Below are positions 51,241 through 64,000 of a stretch of DNA of 64,000 nucleotides, piece by piece. The number at the start of each line of letters is the position of its first letter. Positions within the stretch are counted from its first letter, which is position 1. The notes beneath the pieces were generated by a model, which was not told where the DNA came from, made no database searches, and saw nothing but the letters and a program-made list of their open reading frames with translations. Source of the stretch: Antechinus flavipes (lineage: Eukaryota); the NCBI RefSeq assembly GCF_016432865.1, contig NC_067404.1, forward strand, positions 43,400,001-43,464,000, read 5' to 3'. The translations under genes and the position numbers were made by a program.

Positions 51241-52996
51241 AATTTTTAAAAAGCATATTTCTTGCCTTCCATAGAAGGTATATATGAAATGCTTATTTCC
51301 TTCTGTAGTAGGTGTTTAAAGTTTGTTGATCTGATTTAACTTACAGACTTCTCCCTGAACGAGAATCTCTCTTACAATGTATACTTGGTTAAGCCCATTT
51401 TACAGATGATCAAGAGTCTCTGATATTTGCCCTAAGCCATGCAGCTTCACAGCCAGGACTGAAATGTCAGTTTTCTGTCTGTCCAGTACTCTTGGATTAT
51501 CATCCTGCCCTCAGTGTATCAAAATTCTGTTTATGTAGAAAACCAATGAGATTGAACTAATGTGTTTTAATTAGAAGATGGAACCTGTTACTCATTGATT
51601 TCTTATGTTACCATGGTTTTTTTTTTTTTTTTTTGAGAATTGGAAGTATGTCAAATAAATAAACAGGTTCATGGACTCATCTGAATCACTGATAAGGTAG
51701 CTAGTTGGGGTCACACTCCTGCCTATGAGTATCTGACAGGGGGGTTTCTTTTGGGGCCAGCTGAATGGACTGAGTCTCCTCTTTCTCCATGCAACATATT
51801 GTTTTTAGAACCTCAATCAATCAATAAGTATTAATTAAGTGCTTGTGTTACCACGTGCCAGTTACTTGATACACAAGGAATGGAACAGCAGGCGCTGCAA
51901 TGAATCAAGCCAATGGTCGGGGTATATGTAAAGTACCTATTCTGTGTACAGCTCTGTGCTAGGCTTTGTGGGAGACGCAAGAGAGACATTTGGCATGGTC
52001 CCCAGAGTTCAGTGTCTGGGAAATGAGACAAGACAATTGTTATGAACCCTATGGACATGTTCAAACTGCCTGGTCTTTGTGTGGTGAAGTACCGAGGCTT
52101 GAATCAGATGACCTTGGTCGTAATTCTGCTCTTCCACTTTGTGAGCTTTGGCCAATCCCTTCCCCTCTATCAATTACTTTCCTCATCTGGAAAATGGACA
52201 TTATCATCTTTATCCTACTGATATCGTGGGGTTGCTGTGAAGAGAGCATTTTTAAACCTTGACACCATCAAGAAATGTGAGCTATTATTAGAAATCCAGT
52301 AGCACAATACTTAACATGTTTAACATGTATAGGACTACCTGCCATCTAGGGGAGGGGGTGGGGGGAAGGAGGGGAAAAGTTGGAACAGAAGGTTTTACAA
52401 GGGTCAATGCTGAAAAATTACCCATGCATACCCATTTTTATTTACAAAAAAAGCTATAAGAAATCTAGTAGTACAAACTGACCTCCATTGTAGAAAGCTT
52501 TATGAATTAGTGGGAATTTGAGCAGTTCCCGAGACTGACCATGAGGGATATTTCAGGCAAGCAATAGCCCGAGCAAAAAAGAGTGTGTTAGAAAGAGGAT
52601 TGGATTTGGAGTCTCAGTACCTGAATTTTAATCCCACCTCAAATATTTACCTCTATGGCCTTGGACAAGCCACTTCCTCATTCTGAGCCTCAGTTTCCTC
52701 ATCTGTGGAAGGAATGAGGTAATTTCTGAACTAGGTGTCCCCTAGGGCTAAAATAATTTGCTCCTAAATAAATGAATGTGACTTGTGCAGCAAGTTTAGG
52801 CATAGGGGGCCAGAGACTTTGCAGAAGTTACATAGGTAGTAAGTGGCGAGCAAATCCCGTTGTTCTTTCCACCGTACCTTATTTGTGAACTAATAAAAGC
52901 AAGATTCTAACACTTCATCACTGAAACCCCTTTGTAGCTTCAAGGTAACATGACTCTAATGAAACACCCTACTTTATTTCCCTTTGTGTGTCAAAG

Positions 52997-53061
52997 CCCA
53001 TGGAAAATTCTGGAATGCCGTTTCCCAACAACTGGAGACAAATGGCATTGGCGCTGCTGTG
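52997..53061 (+). CDS. Candidate 65-nt exon, open in all three frames (for example AHGKFWNAVSQQLETNGIGAAV), unidentified
   Basis: Branch-like ctctaat, long pyrimidine tract ending gtcaaag|, donor tg|gtatgt, in unique CpG-containing DNA. Confidence 0.3.
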
Positions 53062-54059
53062 GTATGTTGGGAATTATACTCACTGGGTCTGTGGGCTAAT
53101 CTTCAGGAAGGGAACCTAGATTTTATGCTTTTGAATGTGATTTGAAACCATGACCAGGCCACCCCCTTTGTGCTAATTACTGGAATGTTCCTGATGTGCC
53201 ACTTTCATCCTTGGGTCTCTACGGTCGTTCCCCATTTATAGAGCACATACTTTTGGATGCCAGAAGTCACTTGTCATGCCCATCACGGTTCAGAAAATAA
53301 AGGGCTCTGTTCAACGAGGCCTGCTGAAGGGAGTGGGGGCATGGAAAATGCACTGAATGGCATTTGACAATCCCCCATGCCAAAGGCTTTCCTCAACCAT
53401 TAACTGCTAATTCGTCCCCCAGATACAAAACATTGGAGCCTCTTTGGGGAAGTTACTTCAAAGTTGATCAAGTTTCTGAATATTTCCCCCCCCCCCAGGT
53501 CGTTAAGCCAAAGATTTCCTGTCTGAGGAGTGTTTCTAGAGGCCAAAAACCTACACAACCCTTTTTGATATTCGCTTCTTTTCCCACAGAGTTCTGTCTG
53601 CCTTCATGCCCAAGATTCAACTCCTTCATTTAGGGAAGAACTGCAGGGCTAAGGTTTGTTCTCCTCTCCCCGCCCCCGCCTTTCTCATGTTATACACATT
53701 ATACAAAGAAGGGATTTCAACAGCTGCAACTGGCCACTCCATGGGAATAAAGCTCCGAGCTTAAAAACACCCCCAAGTCTTTCAGTTTCTTCTTATGTTT
53801 TTGCTGTTTGCTCCTGTTTCACTAGCAACCTGGCCCTTCCCTTCTTTTTTTTCATAAGTTTTTCATAAGCTAGTTTCTGCCCATGAAGGACTAGCAAAGT
53901 ATTCATAAAACAATTTATATAGTCAAAGTTGAAGTGACTCAAAGTCTTCATCTAGTGGTAGCTCATCCCCTTACTTTCAAGGGTGATCATGATGAATCTC
54001 TCCCAGGAGATGAGAAGAGAACCCATTTTGTTCTTAAAGATCCCCAGAGGAGGAAAATA

Positions 54060-56130
54060 ATAGCTTACAAATTATATAGAATGTAAAGTCATTTTGGAGG
54101 ACATCTAGTCCAACCCATGTCTGACCAGAGTTTGATCCTCAGCATCCCCAGTAAGTGGCTATCCAACCTTACTCAGACTTCCAATGATGAAAAACCCAGT
54201 CCAGTCTAAAAGTCAAAGTGAGATCTTTCCCCTTTTGGATAGTTTGAATTGGAAGGAAGTTTTTTCCTTATTCTAAAGCCAAAATCTGCCCCTCTATAGC
54301 TTGTACCCATTGTCCTTACTTCTGCCCTTTGGGGAAAAATAAAACCATAGCAATCCTCTTCCACATGATAGCTGTTTAAATACTAGAGCACAACTTCTGA
54401 GTGTTTTTTTTCCCCAAGCTAAACATAAGTTGCTTTTTCTACTGATCCTTTTCTGTCATGTTTTCTTGGTTTTTTCCCCTTTGAGGTCGTCCCTTCTGGG
54501 CTTGTATTGTCTGTTTTTCCTACAACATGGGGCTTAGACCCAAACATCCATTCCAGATGTGATGTGTCCAGGACAGAGTGCAATGGTCTGTTCCCCCCTG
54601 ATTCTGAACATTATGCCTCACTTATTGCAGCCCAGGGTGGTATTAGCTTTTTTCCCCCTTTTTGTTTTCTGGCTGTCATGTCACACTGTTGACTCATATT
54701 GAGTTTGCAGTTCATTAAAACTCTCAGATCATTTTCCCAGGAAGAGTGATCTAGCCACATCTCTCCCAGCCTGTATTTGTGAAATTGATTCTTTCAACCC
54801 AAGTGTTAAGTTTATTCCTATTAAATGTCATTTTATGTGAGCTGACCTATTGTTCTTTCTGGATCTGGATTCTGTCATCCCCTACATTATGTAACACTAC
54901 CACCTTCATGTCATCTATATATTGAACAAATATGTCATCTGTGACTTCGTTTCAGTCGGTGATCAAAATGTCAAACGTTTTAGGGACAAGGACAGATTCC
55001 TGGAGGTCTTCCACTGGAGACTTCTCTCCAATTCAATATCATTCCATCAGTGGCTATCCTTTGAGTCTAGCCATTCAGCCAACTGTCCAGTTCTCCCTAA
55101 CTGTACTTTCTTCTAGCTCATTTCTCTTCATCTTATCCATAAGAATATGAATGTACACTGAAACGGAAATACACTCTTTCTACAGCATCTCTCTAAACTA
55201 TCAATTTAGTTACCTTGTCAAAATGTTAGTCAATAGGACCAATTATTGATGAACTCAAATAGACTTTTCAGTGATTGCTGTTTTCTTTTCTTAGTATTCA
55301 TAAAACATCTCCTTAATAATATGTTCTTTACAAAACCTGGAAAGAAATATGTTAAGCTTATATGGTTTAGAGAATCTCTCCTCTCTCCCCTGTTTTTTGT
55401 AATTAAAACATTTGTCTCTTTCTAATGCTGAGACACTTCTCTTAATCTCTTTAGTCCTTTTGTTCTGTCCTTCCCAAGTCAAAGACCATCTTCCTTGGAA
55501 AAGAAAATAAGCAAAGTAGGAGTTGAGTTGTTTAGTCTTCTCTACTGGCATTTGGTACCATCTCATTCTCCCTAGTATAATAGTCCTATCTCTTCTTTAT
55601 TCTCTTTTTCCCCCCAAGATAGCTAAAAGAACCATCTTTTGCTGGCATTAGCATTTGTTGCTGGCCTTAGCACATTTGGGGTGTGAGCATTCCTGACATA
55701 ATTTTTATACACAACTGTGCTAGTTTTCTGAATTTATCCCTGCTTCCATTTTGTCTTTTAAAAACCCAACTCTGCCAAAGAGATCCTGTGGATTCACATT
55801 ACTATCTTCAGTTAGCTCCTATTTTTCTTCCATATCAAAATCGTTTCTTCTTGTGTCCCCCAAATCGCATTTTAAAAAGCATCCTATCCTTTTTGAGCCA
55901 ACATTCCCTTTCGAAACAGTGGGCCGTTGGATGCTGCCTGTTGTTTCCCTGAATCCTTTGAAACCTTTTCTCAACAGTATACGTCCAACTCATCATGGCT
56001 CTATTCTTCTTTACCATCACAGACTCCCTGGCTGAGTTGTCACTTGTCCCTCCTGTTCCTATCTTTTCTACTTCAGCATCTATGAGTTCATCCCTGTTGG
56101 TCAGATGGAGGCTCAGATGAATAGTTCCCT
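54060..56130 (-). mobile_element. Long L3/CR1 remnant (RT region to 3' end)
   Basis: About 2 kb of continuous reverse CR1-type text (ccaaacatccattccagatgtgatgtgtccagg; ttgactcatattgagtttgcag). Confidence 0.8.
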
Positions 56131-57334
56131 AGTGTGTTTTCTCAATTTTTTTGCTTTTGAAGATTAAAATCGTTGTTGAAGAAAGTCACAAATAGAACAG
56201 ATCCTTTGCTTTTGGCAGAGAGAGAACATGCTGGTGACCTTCCCCTCTCTGTGCCTCAGTTTCCTTCCTTTTAAAAAGAGAAGCTTATTTCTTAAGGCCC
56301 CTCTTAGCTCTAGAAGGAGAGATTCTATGATTCTGACTCATTCAGCAAGGACAGCTGCTCACATGCTTTGTTGGTGCCGAAGCAGATATAGCCATTGCAC
56401 TTCCATTTTGCCCATCCTGTTTCTTTTACTCCTTGGTGCCCTGCCTACATAGATCACATACCATTTTTGTTTTACAGACAGATGGGCAGCATGAGTTCAC
56501 AAAGGGGCTCCCTCTAGGTCACATGGCCTACAGATAGCCTGACTCGGGATTAGGAAGCCTTGAATTCTGGGTATCATTTTCTGACTCTGTCACAGATAGT
56601 AGCTACAGAAGCAGCTTTTTCTATTTTCTCTTCTGTTTTTTTTTTTTTTTTTTGCCATCCTCTTTCAGTTGCCCCTTTATTCTCTGATTACAGATGTAGT
56701 GACTGATATTGTCACTGGTATCATTCTTAAAAAGCTGATGATTTCCAACATTAGGAAAATTAAAACAGATTGGCAAATTAACCACACAGAAGCTTAAAAT
56801 AGAAAACTACTACTCTACAAGTGGAAACTATAGTCTGAAAAAAAAATCAGATTGCATACCCTCAAGCTTCAGTACTAGTCCCCATTGAGATTTATCAATT
56901 TAGGACCTCAATTCTCCTGGAATGTCCTTTTCCTACATTTCTGTCTGTCATAATCCCATCTGTCTTTCAATACCCAACTATTATTTAATCTCCTCCAAGA
57001 AGCCTTCCTTGATTCCACGCCTTCCTCTCAACCGAAAGCAACCTTTCCTTCCTCTGTACCTCTTTTAGACTACTTATCATATCCTACTTTGCGTAGAAAA
57101 ATGTTATATTCCCATAGCACAGAGGACTCACAAAGTTATTTTCTAACACTGATTCTGGGGAGTGGGAAATCATTGCAAGTTTTATTGTCCTCATTTTAGA
57201 GATGAAGAAGTTAAAACTTAAGTCTTCAGTGATTTGACCATGGTCACTTAGGTATCACAGGAGCAATATGAACCCAGATTTCTAGACTTTTGCAGGTTCA
57301 GTATTTTTTCACTGTTATATTTTCACTTGTACTT

Positions 57335-57397
57335 TTTGGTATATGTATATTTGGTATATATATAATCCATATAAATTCATATAAATCCTGTATTTGG

Positions 57398-57446
<49 letters not shown>

Positions 57447-57470
57447 TATATATAATCCATATCCCATATA
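57335..57470. repeat. (TA)n-rich repeat
   Basis: Seen directly. Confidence 0.95.
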
Positions 57471-60137
57471 GACTATAAGCTCTTTAAGAACAGACATCAC
57501 ATTGTACACATCCTCGAGCCCACCAAGAACCTTATATACATCAGGCACTCAAATAACGTATATTTTTGAATCATAAAGTTCTATAAAATAAGACTTTCTT
57601 AGCAGGTAGCTGATTGTAGCATTACGTAGGACAACTCAAGCTATTTCTCCATTCAGTAGCGTGATTTATTTCAGCACCTATTTATCAAGCATTTGCAATA
57701 TACTTTGTGCCATGCAAGTCTCCAGCTTTGAGGAGAGAGGGATACAAAGAAGTAATGCACTTTTATGATCCTTCGCTTTCAGAAACCTTCAATGGCTCCC
57801 CACTGCCTGCTAAATAAGGTGTAAACTCTTGACCCTGCCACCTGAGGCTCTCTACTACCTGCCTTCTACCTGTACCTGCCGAGACATATATTATTCCTAT
57901 TCACGGATGCTATGTTGTAGCCTGTTTTAGCGCTCTCCTTCTTTATTTCCAAATGCCTCAAGGTTATTTTGGGATTCAAAGGAAATAATCGAAAAGGAAG
58001 ATTGATCTGGCCCTGCCATTTACATTTCTTCCTACTTTTAACAATAATTGCCTTCTAAATGGGTGATTTTGTGAAAAATTAACCACCCCTCTCAGGGGAG
58101 GAAAAAACAGGCCACAAATGTATAATAATTGTAGATCCTGATGAGATTTATCAAAAGATATTATTTATAGCCAATAGATGTCTCTGGGCTGGTGGAGATG
58201 AAATGCTCCTCAGGTCTTTGCCTTGAATTAGATCTCCACTTTCCTAACTCCACTTCTCCTTGTCTTCTATCATTGTGGAGGAAGTGCAGGACTTAGCATA
58301 AGAAAGAACGGAGACCAAACTTTGCCTTACACATTAACTATTTGTGTAGTTCTGGGCAAGTTTTTTAACCTCAGTGTATCTCAGTTTCCTCACTAAGAAA
58401 ATTAAAGGAGTGCATGTGATGTCCCATAAGGTCCAGCTCCAGATTTGATATCCTATGGTTTCTTCGTGTGCTTCCTCAACTTTTTGCTTTTGAAGAATAG
58501 ATTCATCATTAAAGTAAATCATTAAAGTACATTTACCAATTGCTTTGCTTTTGTCATAAAAAGAACAGATTCTGAGCCCCAGCTAAAAGTGAAAGGGAGA
58601 TTCATTTACCCCTACCTCAGGGGGCACATTCTACCTTGTATTATACTTATTTGTCTATGTCATTTCCTTGGTATTATTTTATAGGTAAACCGAGGGGAGA
58701 GGAACAGCAGCTTCTGCCCTCAGTTTGCCTACAAAATAATACCAAGGAAATGACATACGCAAATAAGTATAATCTTTGTGCTCAGGACCAGGAATTCAGG
58801 AACTGGCACATATTATTTGTGCCAGTGCTTAGTAAAGGTGTATAATTTGTATTGGTTGAATGGAAATCAAGATGTGGTGCTTGAATGTATATCACGTATG
58901 TAATGCCATTGGAAAGGCAGGACTCGCACACAGAAAGCAATTAATGTTGACCACCAGCAGTTCTCATTAAACTCTCCTAAAAGTAGCTCATCCATAAGGA
59001 GGTCAGTGGATGGAGAGATCATTGTGGCTTGGAATGGTCAGGGTGGCCTCTTAAAAAGTGGTGAGGTTAAAGTGATAAGAAGGCATTTTGAATGAGGGCA
59101 TTCCTTCTTGACATGGGAAAGACAAAATCTCTTTTATCTAGCCCAACCTCAATCCTCAGAAGAGCTAACCATGATTAGGTAAAGAGCCAGCTCAAGGAAC
59201 GGATAAACCTTGCCTGAGGCAGAGGACTTGGGATCCAAATTGGGAAGAGAACAGGTATAAACCCCTAAAGCCAGGCCTGTTTTGGCTACCTGGATGTTTG
59301 TGGAATACTCAGCTAAGGTGATTGAGTATTCTAGTTACTATTCAGAGGACTTGGAATCAAGAGAAACTAAGAGATAAGGAAGCTGAGATATATGGAGTGC
59401 CAGGTGGATAGATAATAGGCTGACTTCACCTTCTTTCCCCAAAGTATCACTCTCTGATTTGGTGGATCTGTACTACCTGCCTCCTTCTGGTGCTAACATG
59501 TTGCTGCGGTCTCTGTAGTGTATGTCTTGCTTTTTTAAAAGTATATAATCAGTTCACCGTGCTGCCTTCAAAGCTGTCTGAATTCTCTTTTTCCTTCTGT
59601 GCTTTTGTGGAGATGTGTAGTAATGCTTTTATGTCTTTTCTTATTTTTTCTCCCCGAAACACTATTGTTGTCTCCCCACTCCTCACCCTTGCCCTCCAAT
59701 CCCTCTGTATTCAGTTATCTAGTCGTATCTTGTAACCCCTAAGTTCTTTATGACTATGTACTTTTATGTTTGTCTCTGCTGTACACAGTAAGTGCTTAAT
59801 GACTGCTTGAATTGAAATCTAGCAAGATATAGAAGTTTTGTCACCAGAAGGTTGATCAAAGAGAATTCATTTAGTCATAATTGTAGTTACTAAGGTCTAG
59901 AAGTGTTGCAGCCTGCATTAGTAGAGGGAGAATTTCTCTTTCTTGGTATCCCCAGTATTTAGCACAGTGCATGATACACAGTAGGTACTTAATGAATGTT
60001 GGCTGACACTTAGAAAAATCATTGATAGTAGACCTCTTAAACAATTCTGCTTTTAAAACAAGTCCTGTAAGAGAGATCACTGAGACTATGTTGATTATTT
60101 ATAAGTTATCATCTCCTGACAAGCCTGTCTTTGCTAG

Positions 60138-60266
60138 AAGCTGACCTTAGTCTTGAAGGTTCCACTAGTAAAATGCGGGATCTAGCATCTCCCATCAAGT
60201 CGCAAAGGCTTTGAGAATTGACGTTTTTGGAATGGTCTGTGGTCCCCAAAGAGCAGCCTCAATAAA
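60138..60266 (+). other. Candidate terminal exon (EADLSLEGSTSKMRDLASPIKSQRL*) with AATAAA
   Basis: Acceptor ctgtctttgctag|, stop at 60212-60214, AATAAA at 60261-60266. Confidence 0.25.
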
Positions 60267-61027
60267 AGTGAAGAGGCTTTATCTACAGGAGATTATCCAG
60301 TCTTCTCTTCTCCTTCCTACCCCCAAAACACATACAGAAAAGGAGTTGCTGTCAGTCATTCATACCTCCATGTGAATTTGTCACAGTCTCACCTTTTCTA
60401 GGATTATTTATATTTTAAGCCTTATCTTACTTGACTCTGTTAGGTATTTCAGGCACCAATAAGTAAGTCAGAAAGACTTCCCCCCCACAAGTGGGAATCC
60501 TTCTCAGTGCCCAAGGTATCTACTTAGAACTGAAGTTAGCTGGTCAAATGATATGAATTTTTAACCACAGTACATCTCCAGAGTTCCCTCCAAATATCAC
60601 GGGCCTTAAAGCTATTTTCAGCTTTTACATTTTTACTATGTGATCATTTTCAATAGATGTCCCTGTTGTCTGAGAGGTGAGGGGGTTGGGTTTTTAAAAT
60701 TCCATCACTTTTGAAAAGTGTTGCACTCGTCTATTTATAGTTGTCTCCTGTTTTCCCCTCATTTTCCTTCTATTCGGAATTGCCAGGAAGCATCACCTCT
60801 GAGGAGTGATGAGCTCCTGAGAGGAAGGATGAAAACCAAATCATTCTTTTCTTACAAGATTCCTAGAGGGTAGAGTATCAGAGTAGTTTGCAATTGAAGG
60901 TGAAATTCTGGGGTAGCAATTTTTTTTTTACTAAAACTTAGTTTAATTTCAACTAAAGGAATTTTGTGATTCTCATATTTCTAGATTAGAAACAATCAAA
61001 AAACTCTGAAGTCTACTTGTTCAGGTG

Positions 61028-61030
<3 letters not shown>

Positions 61031-61072
<42 letters not shown>
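61031..61072. repeat. (AC)21 microsatellite
   Basis: Perfect AC run. Confidence 0.97.
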
Positions 61073-61074
<2 letters not shown>

Positions 61075-61883
61075 ATGTGTGTGTATTATTTTAAAAAGGA
61101 GAATAGATTTTTCTCCTGAGGGGTTCGTGAAGTCATAGATTCAAAGCCAGTCTGAAAAAAATTAGTTCACTCTTTCTGTTCCTTTGATAAAGGGGTTTAG
61201 TAATATTCCTTTTGCAATCTGGGTACAGAATAGATTGCCTGTTATATGAGAAATGTGGACTAAGTATGATCGAATCAGAAACAGTCACAAGCTTCTCTAA
61301 AATTGCATTCAGCATGAAGTCAAAGGTTCTGGACAAACTATATCTCGGTTTGGCCCCATGCACACATTTAAAAAATAACTTGATGGTTTCCAAGACAAGA
61401 CACAGCTTAATCTGGGGCTTCTGACCCAGAACTATCACAAACGTTGAGTGGGGAAAGCAGGCTGTTCTAATGGCCCCGATTTCTACCTTGGCTCAGCAGT
61501 CTCATTGGCAAGAAAGACCTCACACAGTGCTTTATATTTCTCTTTTTGTATTTACCATGATTCATTAGACATTCTCTTCTACAGCACTGGTCTCTTACCC
61601 CGTTGCTAGACTGTAAACCCCATGAGAACAGGGATGAAACCCTAACTAAGCTTGCAGCTTCCTCAGGGCTCTGCATAGGGCTTTTCATACAGCCAGTAGC
61701 CTTATCAATGTTTAATACCAGACTCTCAAGGTTGTCCGGGAAGTACTGCTTGTTGTTCTTTGTTGTTGTTTTTGTCCGGGTGAATTGGATCCACTGTTCT
61801 TATATACCTTTCATCCACTTCCTTTCTTAGGCCCTCCCATACCCACAAAATATAGGGGATGTCTTTGTTCTTCTGCATGGTAG

Positions 61884-61920
61884 AAACTGGATTAGAGACA
61901 CACCCTATGGGGATGGACAG
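61884..61920 (+). other. Candidate 37-nt exon (NWIRDTPYGDGQ)
   Basis: gtctttgttcttctgcatggtag| ... cag|gtaagc. Confidence 0.2.
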
Positions 61921-63319
61921 GTAAGCCTAGAGAACAGCTTTGCTTTCAAAAGGGAATAGCATTTCCAGTGGCTGAAGGGAGCCATAAAGATTGTCCAGGC
62001 CAATTTCCTCCTGTTATAAGAGAAGAAAGCTGACGCCCAAAGAAGTTAAATGATTTCCCAAGGAGCAAAGTCAGTATTCAAGCCCAGATCCTGACTCCCA
62101 GTCCAACATTCCTTCCATCTGTTGTCTTGCTTTTTTCTTAGCTTTATGGATGGCATATCTGAGATAGTGGACTGAGTAGAGTTTATCGCTCCTATCTCGT
62201 CCAGAGCTGCAGAATCATGGAACCTGAAGGAATGTCAGTGACCGTGTTCTCTTCGGTCCCTGATTGTGAAGCTTGTCTGTAAAATATATGTGACTCGTGG
62301 GTATCAGTCACCCATGCTCTCTTGAGGTCTCACGCAGATTAGAGCCCAGTCCTTGGCTCCAAATTCAGCCTGTTTTTGGCTCTAATGATAATAATAAATT
62401 CCTCTTTAACCTAATGTCACATCGCATGATCTGGAGGCCCTTTGACATCCCAGATGGTATGAATCCCATGAGCGGGAAGGAAGTTGGACTATCTGCTTTC
62501 AGAGGTCCATTGGTCTTCTCTACACAATTTTCTCATTTGTTGACTCTGCAAGAAAGACCTTGAAGTTTGACATGGAGTCTACTTTCTTGTTAGAGTCTTG
62601 AAAATACATCATTAGGGCAATCCTCACTCATGCTTTGCTTTATCCCTCTTGGTATCCATCTTGTTTGCACAGAACATGTGAGCAGCCTCTCTCTATCCAG
62701 ACTTCACTTCTCCACAGGATCCCTCTTTTGCAGTTAATTTCCCTTTGTGATTACTGGGAATGGTTTGCCGCTGAAGGAGCACTCATATTGTGTGCTCAGG
62801 GTTGCTAATCCCTGGGCTTTCCAATCAGCCTTTTTGAGGAAAGGGAATGAATTACATTCACTTGTTTCAGCAGCTCAAAAAATCAAAGATGGAAGAGCTA
62901 AAAGGGACCCAAGAGGCGATCTAGTTCATCCCCCTCATTTTACAAATAAAGATACTGAGACCCAGAGAGAAGGGAGCTTGGAATCATGGAATCAAAGAGA
63001 CTTGGAAGGAACCAGGAAAACATAGCCAAGCCTTCTCATTTTATAGATGAATGAAATGAGACCTAGTGAAGTAAGGTGATTTGTCCAAGATCACAAAATC
63101 CAAGGACACAGAAGTATAAAAATATGGCTGGAGCTTGAATGTAGGTCCTTTGCCTCTAGGTCCTGCCCTTTCCATTAAACCACGTTTTCATGGTTTATCA
63201 TCTTCATCATCTCCCTTTCTTGACGGTCCCAGACCTTCCTTGACAGTGGGGGAAAGAATGTTTGTTTCCAAATCGGGCCTAGCTAATATCTCAGGCTGCT
63301 TAGTGAAACTTTTGTATTA

Positions 63320-63700
63320 GCTCCCTTTTTAAAGCTTCTTTCGTATTAGAAAGGAGGCTTCCGGTAGCATTGCCTCCTGCCTTTAAAGGTTTGGCAGCTG
63401 CTCCTGCTATAAGAAATCCGCTTCAAATTAAAATGCTTCGTTCCCAGAGATATTTTATTTACAGCCAAGCACCTAGCGACACTTGTACAGCCAATGGGTT
63501 GCAGTGAATATAGATCTTTGATGCTGTTGAATAAATCTGCCAGGATTTCCAATTTGCTTTTATGCGAGTGAATCACCCAATTCAGTATAAATGTATCTGG
63601 GCTGCCATAGTCTCCCTTTTTTTCTGATTCACCGCTATTACTGCCACCCCCCACGCAGGGAACATTACATATCCCCAGAGTGCACGGTGCCTGGGCTGTC
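63320..63700. promoter_or_regulatory. CpG-retaining unique block, candidate conserved non-coding element
   Basis: No repeat signature, about 10 CpGs, TTTATT/TTTATG/ATAAAT homeodomain-type motifs; overlaps a 118-aa minus-strand ORF of unknown significance. Confidence 0.35.
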
Positions 63701-64000
63701 AATCAATCAGCCAGTACTTATTGAGCCAGAGCGTGCTCGTACATACTCCATATACACAGCCCTCATAGCTGCTCCCCAAACTGGCCCTGAGCTTTCTTCC
63801 TCTCAAGAATGGTTTCTCATGCTGACCCTCCTGCCTGAAAGGCTCTCCCTCTTAGGGCTTCCTGTCCAGTGCCTAACCGCTGGTGGGAAAGCATTTTTTT
63901 TTATTACATGCCAAGTACTGTGTGAACTACTGGGGATGCAAACAGAAGAGCAAGACTGTCCTCATTCTTCGAGAGGGAAGCAACACCATGAAGGAGATGG

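Noticed and set aside
1-64000. tRNA genes, rRNA, CRISPR arrays, prokaryotic systems
   Set aside because: The DNA is mammalian. tRNA-like heads belong to CORE-SINEs, and no regular repeat-spacer array is seen.

Overview
Repeat-rich marsupial genomic DNA, probably a dasyurid such as the Tasmanian devil. This is inferred from marsupial CORE-SINEs (WSINE1-like, MAR1-like), marsupial L1 3' ends and an OC1/OposCharlie1-type hAT MITE. A large share of the window is decayed transposable elements: L1, L2, L3/CR1, RTE, MIR/MAR1/WSINE1 and hAT MITEs, several with visible target-site duplications (TSDs). I recognise no protein-coding gene, tRNA, rRNA or CRISPR array. The ORF track is mostly chance ORFs, low-complexity artefacts, an N-gap artefact and L1/L3/RTE remnants. 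The unique DNA looks intronic or intergenic, with several CpG-retaining, motif-dense blocks (candidate enhancers or promoters, one strong CTCF site) and a few unidentified exon-like segments with good splice signals. The most interesting unexplained structures are (1) a diverged tandem duplication at 40573-41435 whose homology begins at a minus-strand splice acceptor and keeps a stop codon at the same position in both copies, and (2) a faint four-copy degenerate repeat at about 1.1-3.85 kb. Both are hypotheses that need alignment and RNA-seq checks. TE boundaries without a TSD are approximate, and family names are from recall, not from a database search.
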